Shown one piece after another: positions 57,705-64,000 of a DNA stretch of 64,000 bases. Under the pieces are notes generated by a model. The model had not been told where the DNA came from. It ran no database searches and saw only the letters and a list, made by a program, of their open reading frames with translations. Source of the stretch: Pseudomonas phage ZC03; the sequence record NC_048638.1. One strand, given 5' to 3'. The first letter of the stretch is position 1. Each line of letters opens with the position of its first letter. The translations under genes were made by a program, and so were the position numbers.

Positions 57705-58836
57705 GTCTTTCACCCTTACCCCTGAGGGTATGACCTGCTACGACATCAAGGGCAATATATTTCGTGTATCTGCTGATAGGCTTCCTTCCCTTGAAGCTAT
57801 TATGCAGATGATGAACAACATCCGGCTCAATGGCTGCACTGAGTTTATTGGTATGGGTGTTGAAGCACTTTCTGAAATTCTGGAAGGTTTTGGATTCAGA
57901 ACTGTGCTGGAAAAGGGCCAGCTGAGCATTGCCCATGAGAATGGGAATATTCAAGTAGAGCCTCTAGAAAACTTGATTCGCCATGCTCATGTGACGAAAA
58001 ACAATGCAGCCATCACTGCTCTTCTGAATCGTATTGCCTCTGTTAATCGTCAGCATTCCAAAGAGGATTTGGTTAAATTTATCGAGAAGTCCTCAATGCC
58101 TGTTACCAACGACGGTCGTCTGGTGGCATTCAAGCGTGTCAACAAGGACAACGGTAATAACTACGACTGCCACACAGGTACGATCCTGAATAACGTAGGC
58201 TGTCGTGTTGAGATGGACATTGATCAGGTAGACCCAGATCGAACCAGAGACTGCTCTTATGGTCTGCACGTAGCTTCGCGTAGTTATCTGAGAACTTTCA
58301 CAGGTGACACGCTGCTTCTTATTCTTGTGAATCCTGAGGATGTGATTGCAGTACCTGAATACGATCCTCGTAAGGTTCGTGTGTGTCGATATGACATTGT
58401 TCATGAATTTACTTCTGAACAAATGAGACACATCATGAGTGATGAGAAGCTCAATGATGAGGTATGGCAGATCATCAAGCCGTTCATTGAAGGTGCTAAA
58501 TACACTATTAACAGAATTGTAAATGGCACTGATGTACGCAATCAGGTTATCCAACAGACATACAAGTCTGTAGATGAAACCAACGAAGAGTACTTCAATG
58601 AGGTTAACACCAAAGAACCTCAGGACACTGTTAAAACAGTTAAGGCAGTCAAGAATATGAATAATTTCCAGAAGATGCTGGATCTGTTTGAGAAAGCAGA
58701 AAGCTGGTCTGATCAGAAGTCTCGGTTTGCTGATCTCCTGCTGTTCAAACGCAAGCAGAAGAAGTCTTGGACTATGTTGGGTGCTACCATAGAGCAAGCT
58801 AAGAAACTGCAAAAATTTGCTGAGCGAATTAAGTGA
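57697..58836 (+). CDS. hypothetical protein (translationally coupled to the GHKL ATPase)
   Basis: 379 aa; start overlaps the upstream stop by 8 nt. Confidence 0.35.
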   Translation: MIKSFTLTPEGMTCYDIKGNIFRVSADRLPSLEAIMQMMNNIRLNGCTEFIGMGVEALSEILEGFGFRTVLEKGQLSIAHENGNIQVEPLENLIRHAHVTKNNAAITALLNRIASVNRQHSKEDLVKFIEKSSMPVTNDGRLVAFKRVNKDNGNNYDCHTGTILNNVGCRVEMDIDQVDPDRTRDCSYGLHVASRSYLRTFTGDTLLLILVNPEDVIAVPEYDPRKVRVCRYDIVHEFTSEQMRHIMSDEKLNDEVWQIIKPFIEGAKYTINRIVNGTDVRNQVIQQTYKSVDETNEEYFNEVNTKEPQDTVKTVKAVKNMNNFQKMLDLFEKAESWSDQKSRFADLLLFKRKQKKSWTMLGATIEQAKKLQKFAERIK

Positions 58837-59291
58837 TGACCGAGAAGAACACAGTACAGAGTGTTTATGACTGGTTCCAAGAAGCACGTCCAATGTCTGA
58901 CCATGATACTTTAATGGTTCAGACAGGAGTTCACTTCGAGGAAATTGGCGAGATGCTGAATGAGATGCAAGGTGTTTGCCCTACCAGCATTCGTCTGATT
59001 CGACATCTCAAGATGGTAGTGAACCAGATGGCACACAATCTTAAGAATGGACGTGTTAAGTTCATGATTAAGAATGATGTAGCTTTTCTGGATAGCCTAG
59101 GAGACCAGTTCGTTACTGGTGTGGGAATCGGTCAAGCTCTTAAGTATGACATCCCTGGTGCATACAAGGAGATTGATCGTAGTAACTGGAGCAAGTTCGA
59201 TGAGAACGGTAAGGCTGTATTTCAGCCTAACGGGAAAATCGATAAAGCTCCCGGCTATACGCCACCGGACCTGAAACCTTACATTAAATAA
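58833..59291 (+). CDS. MazG-like nucleotide pyrophosphohydrolase (tentative)
   Basis: 152 aa; helical EExxE-type motif HFEEIGEMLNEM. Confidence 0.35.
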   Translation: MMTEKNTVQSVYDWFQEARPMSDHDTLMVQTGVHFEEIGEMLNEMQGVCPTSIRLIRHLKMVVNQMAHNLKNGRVKFMIKNDVAFLDSLGDQFVTGVGIGQALKYDIPGAYKEIDRSNWSKFDENGKAVFQPNGKIDKAPGYTPPDLKPYIK

Positions 59292-59295
59292 GCTA

Positions 59296-59323
59296 AAGCC
59301 CCTTTCGAGGGGCTTTTTCTTTT
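59296..59323 (+). terminator. rho-independent terminator
   Basis: AGCCCC-TTTCGA-GGGGCT followed by TTTTTCTTTT. Confidence 0.65.
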
Positions 59324-59333
59324 AGGAAACGCT

Positions 59334-60551
59334 ATGTCAGATGCAAACAACAAAATAGTTCTAAATAGCAGTCAAGAAGAAGGGTACATGAAAATCCTAT
59401 CTTTTCTGCTATCTGATGAAAAATACTTCATCCTATCTGGGGGACCAGGAACAGGTAAAAGTACCCTCATCAACTACATGAGCGATAACCTGCTAGAGAA
59501 ATACAGGAAATACGCTGATGTTCTTGGTTCCAATTACATGCCTAACATGCTGACTATTACAGCCACTACTAATAGTGCAGCAGACTCACTCAAGAAGACT
59601 ATCAACACCTATCAGATATCTACCATTCATTCTGCTCTAGGTTTGGTAGTACAGGGTGATCGACTCCAAATGAAGAGACCTCCCCACTATCTTTCAGACT
59701 CTATTCTCATCATTGATGAATACACTCTGATTGATAATGCCTCGTTTGAATTCATTGATACTTACGCTAGAAAGGTGATTTTGGTTGGGGATGCTGACCA
59801 GCTTCTAGCTGTTAAAGGTCTAGCTTCTCCCCTTAAAAGAAAGAAACCAGATCATGTTTTAGACATTCCAGAACGAACCAAGTCAAAAGACATTCTGGAA
59901 GTCATTAATACTTTTCAGAAATACGTACATAACACAGAAGAACCAGTAGACCTAGACCTATCTGGAATGACTGATGTGGAAGTTATTTCTGAAGAAGATT
60001 TCATTGCACTGGTTCAAGATCCTTCTACGAGCTTCCGAGACGCTCGAATCCTTACCCATACCAATGCAGAAGTAATTGCTATCAACCAGGCCATACGACA
60101 GGCTAGAGGACTTCCTGAACATTTTGTGCATGGGGAAAGGGTGATACTGAATAAGTATGTTCGTTGGGGCAATGAGAACTTCAAGACAGACAGTGAATAC
60201 ACCGTCCTTGGACATCATGAAGATGATCTAAGTAACGAGTTTTCTTCCGGTCATTATAGGTGGTACATAATTCAAGATTCTTGGGGTGTAGCTTATAAAG
60301 TTCCTTATGAAGTACTTAAATGTTCTTGTGCGTTTCAATATCCACTATTCGACCTGAGATCTTTGTACTGCTCTACTGTGTACAAAGCTCAAGGTCGTTC
60401 AGTAGATACCGTTTATCTACATCTCTCAGGATTCCCTAACAATATAAGCAGAAGTGTTCTTGTGAGATCTCTTTACGTTGGAGCCAGTCGAGCAAGAAAG
60501 AAACTTATATTTGTAGGGGATCTGTCACCAACTCTGTTGAATAAGCTATGA
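59334..60551 (+). CDS. SF1B DNA helicase (Dda/RecD-like)
   Basis: Walker A GGPGTGKST, Walker B IIDEYT, motif V/VI-like VYKAQGRSVDTVYL. Confidence 0.6.
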   Translation: MSDANNKIVLNSSQEEGYMKILSFLLSDEKYFILSGGPGTGKSTLINYMSDNLLEKYRKYADVLGSNYMPNMLTITATTNSAADSLKKTINTYQISTIHSALGLVVQGDRLQMKRPPHYLSDSILIIDEYTLIDNASFEFIDTYARKVILVGDADQLLAVKGLASPLKRKKPDHVLDIPERTKSKDILEVINTFQKYVHNTEEPVDLDLSGMTDVEVISEEDFIALVQDPSTSFRDARILTHTNAEVIAINQAIRQARGLPEHFVHGERVILNKYVRWGNENFKTDSEYTVLGHHEDDLSNEFSSGHYRWYIIQDSWGVAYKVPYEVLKCSCAFQYPLFDLRSLYCSTVYKAQGRSVDTVYLHLSGFPNNISRSVLVRSLYVGASRARKKLIFVGDLSPTLLNKL

Positions 60552-61009
60552 AACCAATGCCCATTTACTTCAAAAACTGCAATAAGGACTTAGCTTATCT
60601 ATTTGATAAGTACCTATATAACTTAGAAGAAGCGTGTAGAAATGTATTCTTCTACCGATTCCCTCGCTACGCCAAAATAGTAATTCAGGACATGGAATTT
60701 ACTGGGTTCTATGAAACCAGAGTCCTGGTACAGAACGGTATACCGTTACTTACTGCATATGTTGATGAGTGGGATGTTGACAGTGCTCAAATCTATGATG
60801 GGTATAAGGAAATTATCAAAGTATGGGAAGACTTATCCCAGTATCAGAGTATTTTAAAATTCATAGGCCGTGAGGATTTATTTCTCAAAGTGTTAGATAA
60901 CGTAGATGCACTGGAAAAAGTTACAGACAGCAAGCAGTTAAATTGGCTAGTAAAAGTAGAAGAAAACTTTAATGTCTTTAAAGCATCGAAGTTAATTGAG
61001 GGAATGTAG
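60548..61009 (+). CDS. hypothetical protein
   Basis: 153-aa ORF between the helicase and DNA polymerase genes. Confidence 0.35.
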   Translation: MKPMPIYFKNCNKDLAYLFDKYLYNLEEACRNVFFYRFPRYAKIVIQDMEFTGFYETRVLVQNGIPLLTAYVDEWDVDSAQIYDGYKEIIKVWEDLSQYQSILKFIGREDLFLKVLDNVDALEKVTDSKQLNWLVKVEENFNVFKASKLIEGM

Positions 61010-63523
61010 ATGGATTATGTGTTTCTCGGAAGCCATAAAGGCAGTTACCAGTACGCATTACTCACTGGTTCCAATGATATTGATGCACTGGATAAGCATT
61101 ATTTGGAGCCTGCTGGTTTATCTGAAGAAACCATTATTGTTGAACTGGTGAACCAGGGAAAGAAAACTCCCAAGAAGGTAATTCGAGAATACTGGGATGA
61201 GATCAAGCCTGAGTTGATCAAAATGGGAGTTAAGACTCTCATGGTTGCTGATGTGGAATACTTTAAACACATCATTGGTCAAACCAAGGCAGAAGCATTT
61301 CTAGGTATCAAATGTGATACCGATGATTTCTCTGTATTTTATCTGCCAAATTACAGGGCACTGTTTTATAACCCTGAAGGTGTTAAGACAAAGATAAGTC
61401 TTGCTGTAGATTCCATAAAAGCTTTTGCTGAGGGAACCTACAAGGAACGTGGAAAGGACATCATTAAAAGTGCTACCTACGTTCACACCAAAGAAGAAGC
61501 AATAGAATGGTTTCAAAAACTCTATGAGTGTGATGCACTCACTTTGGATATCGAAACCACAGGCTTGAAATATTACAGGGATTCAATACTCACCGTTGGT
61601 TTTGCATGGAACCAGCATGAAGGTGTGGTATTCAAGTATGGAAACTACCTCAAGCTTCTGCTTAAGAAATTTCTTGAAAGCTACAAAGGAAAGAAAATCC
61701 TTCATAATGCAGCTTTCGATATCACCTTCCTGATTTACCACCTATGGATGAACCATTTGGTAGATCAAAAGAACATGCTGAAAGGGTTGGAAGCATGTAC
61801 CCGAAATATTCAATGTACTCAGATCACAGCATATCTGGCATTGAATTCATGTGCTGAAGTTGAGCTAGGGCTGAAACCTCTATCCCACGAGTACACAGGC
61901 AACTATGCAGTAGATGTGTCAGATGCAGCATCTGTACCTATTGATGATTTGCTGGAATATAACCTCATTGACTGCTTAGCTACCTGGTTCGTGTATAACA
62001 GGTACAACCCTCAGATCAAGAAAGACAAGCAGGAACTCATATTCCAGCTATTCCATGCCTGGCTCCGTGATGTTATTCAGATGCAGCTTACAGGTATGCC
62101 CCTCTGCATGGAGAGGGTAAAGGAAGTCAAAGAAATCATCAGCAACGATGCTCAGAAGAGTTTGGAAGTCATTCTGAAATCACGAGCCGTACAGGAGACA
62201 GTGAATATCCTGAAAGGCGAGTGGGTTATTAAGAGGAATGAAAAGCTCAAGGTTAAGAAAGTAACAGTCGAAGACGCTGATATCGAGTTTAATCCCGGTT
62301 CTCCTGATCAGCTTCAGAAGCTTCTGTACTCTGTTCTTGAATTTCCTGTTATTGAGCTTACTGACTCTAAAAACCCTGCAACAGGCAAGAAGGTTCTTAA
62401 ATCACTTAAGAACTACACAGATGATCCAGAAGTTATTGAGCTACTCGATAATCTCATTATTCATGCTGATGCGTCTAAGATTCTAGAAGCCTTTATCCCA
62501 GCATTTGAGGCAGCCCCATACTGTAAAGAATTGGGCTGTCATATGCTCATGGGTAACTTCAGACTTGGTGGAACCAAGTCAGGAAGACTATCTAGTAACG
62601 ACGTAAACCTGCAACAATTACCAAGTGGAGGAAGATACGGAAAGCTAATCAAATCATGCTTCCGTGCCCCAGAAGGTTGGCTATTTGTAGGTCTAGACTT
62701 TGACAGTCTTGAAGATAGGATCAGTGCTCTTACTACTAAAGATCCTAACAAATTGAAGGTGTACACCGATGGTTATGATGGCCACTGTCTACGGGCATAC
62801 TCATATTTTAAGGATCAGATGCCCCTGATCAAATCAGAGAGTGTAGAGGATATTAATAGCATCGAAGATTTGTATTCAGACCTGAGACAAGAATCTAAGG
62901 CACCCACCTTTGCCCTGACCTACGGTGGAACTTTCAAAACTCTAATGAGAAACCTCGGCTGGTCCAAGGACAAATCTATGGAGATTGAGAGTCGATTCAA
63001 GCAGCTTTACAAGGTATCAGTAGAGTGGGTAGCAGATAAAATCAAGAGAGCATCTGTAGACGGTTATGTCACAGGAGCTTTTGGATTGAGACTTAGAACC
63101 CCCATTCTTTCACGAACAATTCTAGGCAGTAGAGCTACACCTTTTGAGGCTGAAGCAGAAGCTAGGACAGCAGGTAATATGCTTGGTCAAAGCTACTGTA
63201 TGCTCAATAGTAGGGCTGCTAACGAGTTTATGGAGAAGGTCAGAACCAGTGAATACAAGTACGATATTCTTCCATGTGCCCAGATTCATGACGCCAGTTA
63301 CTATTTAATAAAAGCTGATGTTAAAATTCTGAAGTATGTTAACGACAATCTCGTAAAAGCTGCATATTGGCAGGAACTTCCTGAGATTCAGCATCCAGAG
63401 GTTACTCTTGGTGGCACTCTTGGAGTGTTTTATCCTTCATGGGAAAAAGAGCACGAAGTACCTAAGTATGCCTCTGAAGAAGAGCTAATAAAATTTGGAG
63501 AGGAAGTTATAAATGCAACGTAA
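61010..63523 (+). CDS. family A DNA polymerase with 3'-5' exonuclease domain (N4 gp39-like)
   Basis: Exo I LTLDIETTGL, pol motif A LDFDSLEDR, motif B-like RQESKAPTFALTYGG, motif C AQIHDAS. Confidence 0.7.
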   Translation: MDYVFLGSHKGSYQYALLTGSNDIDALDKHYLEPAGLSEETIIVELVNQGKKTPKKVIREYWDEIKPELIKMGVKTLMVADVEYFKHIIGQTKAEAFLGIKCDTDDFSVFYLPNYRALFYNPEGVKTKISLAVDSIKAFAEGTYKERGKDIIKSATYVHTKEEAIEWFQKLYECDALTLDIETTGLKYYRDSILTVGFAWNQHEGVVFKYGNYLKLLLKKFLESYKGKKILHNAAFDITFLIYHLWMNHLVDQKNMLKGLEACTRNIQCTQITAYLALNSCAEVELGLKPLSHEYTGNYAVDVSDAASVPIDDLLEYNLIDCLATWFVYNRYNPQIKKDKQELIFQLFHAWLRDVIQMQLTGMPLCMERVKEVKEIISNDAQKSLEVILKSRAVQETVNILKGEWVIKRNEKLKVKKVTVEDADIEFNPGSPDQLQKLLYSVLEFPVIELTDSKNPATGKKVLKSLKNYTDDPEVIELLDNLIIHADASKILEAFIPAFEAAPYCKELGCHMLMGNFRLGGTKSGRLSSNDVNLQQLPSGGRYGKLIKSCFRAPEGWLFVGLDFDSLEDRISALTTKDPNKLKVYTDGYDGHCLRAYSYFKDQMPLIKSESVEDINSIEDLYSDLRQESKAPTFALTYGGTFKTLMRNLGWSKDKSMEIESRFKQLYKVSVEWVADKIKRASVDGYVTGAFGLRLRTPILSRTILGSRATPFEAEAEARTAGNMLGQSYCMLNSRAANEFMEKVRTSEYKYDILPCAQIHDASYYLIKADVKILKYVNDNLVKAAYWQELPEIQHPEVTLGGTLGVFYPSWEKEHEVPKYASEEELIKFGEEVINAT

Positions 63524-63821
63524 AAAGGTATACATAGATCACGACCCTGAGGCTACATTTCTTTATGTGCTCAGACTCCCAGATATTGCTGGTTCCATAT
63601 TTGATGAAACATCGGAAGTAAGTGCAGTAATTGAAGTTCCTGTAACCAGCGGTATTAACCAACTCACTGCACAAGCTGAATGGACAGGTAATTGCAGAAC
63701 CAGAATCAAAGTAAATGGTGGCTCTCTTTTAGGGGCCACCTCTGCAAGGCTACTCGTTAAGATTGTGCATGAAGGCGTCACATACACTACAGACCCAGTA
63801 AATATCAGGATGGTAGGATAA
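63513..63821 (+). CDS. hypothetical protein
   Basis: 102-aa ORF overlapping the DNA polymerase stop. Confidence 0.3.
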   Translation: MQRKKVYIDHDPEATFLYVLRLPDIAGSIFDETSEVSAVIEVPVTSGINQLTAQAEWTGNCRTRIKVNGGSLLGATSARLLVKIVHEGVTYTTDPVNIRMVG

Positions 63822-64000
63822 TGCAGGACTACCTGTTACCAACAGTTGATGTTGGAATATTTCCTTCTGGTACAGAAACCAGGGTTAACCTGTATCCCGA
63901 CAATAGTGTTATTGATGTAAATCTGTACGCTATTGGCGAGATGAATCCTGAAGACTTCTTTCCCAATCCTCACTTAAAAAAAAAGTAAGAGAGTATGAGA

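Noticed and set aside
1-64000. CRISPR arrays, integrase/att sites, restriction-modification or toxin-antitoxin modules
   Set aside because: No regularly spaced direct repeats, no tyrosine/serine recombinase motifs, and no methyltransferase motifs were seen. The genome reads as a strictly lytic N4-like phage.

Overview
This 64 kb window reads as most of an N4-like (Schitoviridae-type) podophage genome in a permuted orientation. 

The main evidence is gene content and order. The window holds a 3,644-aa virion RNA polymerase gene on the minus strand (7700..18634). Downstream of it lies a leftward-transcribed structural and lysis module: SLT-domain virion protein, a large membrane-segment protein, major capsid, scaffold, portal, embedded Rz/Rz1 spanins, a GH108 endolysin, a holin, and a large terminase. 

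A split T7-like RNA polymerase II sits on the plus strand as a 263-aa plus a 397-aa subunit, the second carrying DxSxSG and HD-like palm motifs. Nearby is a MoxR-like AAA ATPase plus vWA pair. A replication and nucleotide-metabolism block follows: ThyX, a dCTP-deaminase-like protein, a MazG-like protein, a Dda/RecD-like helicase, and a family A DNA polymerase. 

An early region of many small ORFs runs from 37.8 to 42.7 kb. Immediately upstream of it is a plus-strand array of about 10 tRNA or tRNA-like genes (36.19-37.74 kb). 

Four features not explained by ordinary gene calls stand out:
1. The MoxR-like ATPase gene is split by a ~915-nt insertion carrying an HNH-AP2 homing endonuclease ORF. 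The flanks show group I intron P7-like elements (GACTA ... GATATAGTC) and an in-frame exon junction.
2. A complete canonical hammerhead ribozyme core (CUGAUGA, stem II, GAAA, stem III, GUC) lies inside the tRNA array.
3. Two hairpins with an identical CGCAAGCG core sit upstream of early genes. They are candidate hairpin promoters for the virion RNA polymerase.
4. A GC-rich insert in the tRNA array contains a degenerate tRNA-like element bracketed by 19-bp direct repeats. 

A 724-aa GHKL (Bergerat-fold) ATPase in the replication module is also unusual. All functional calls are based on motifs read by eye and on synteny with N4. No database searches were run.
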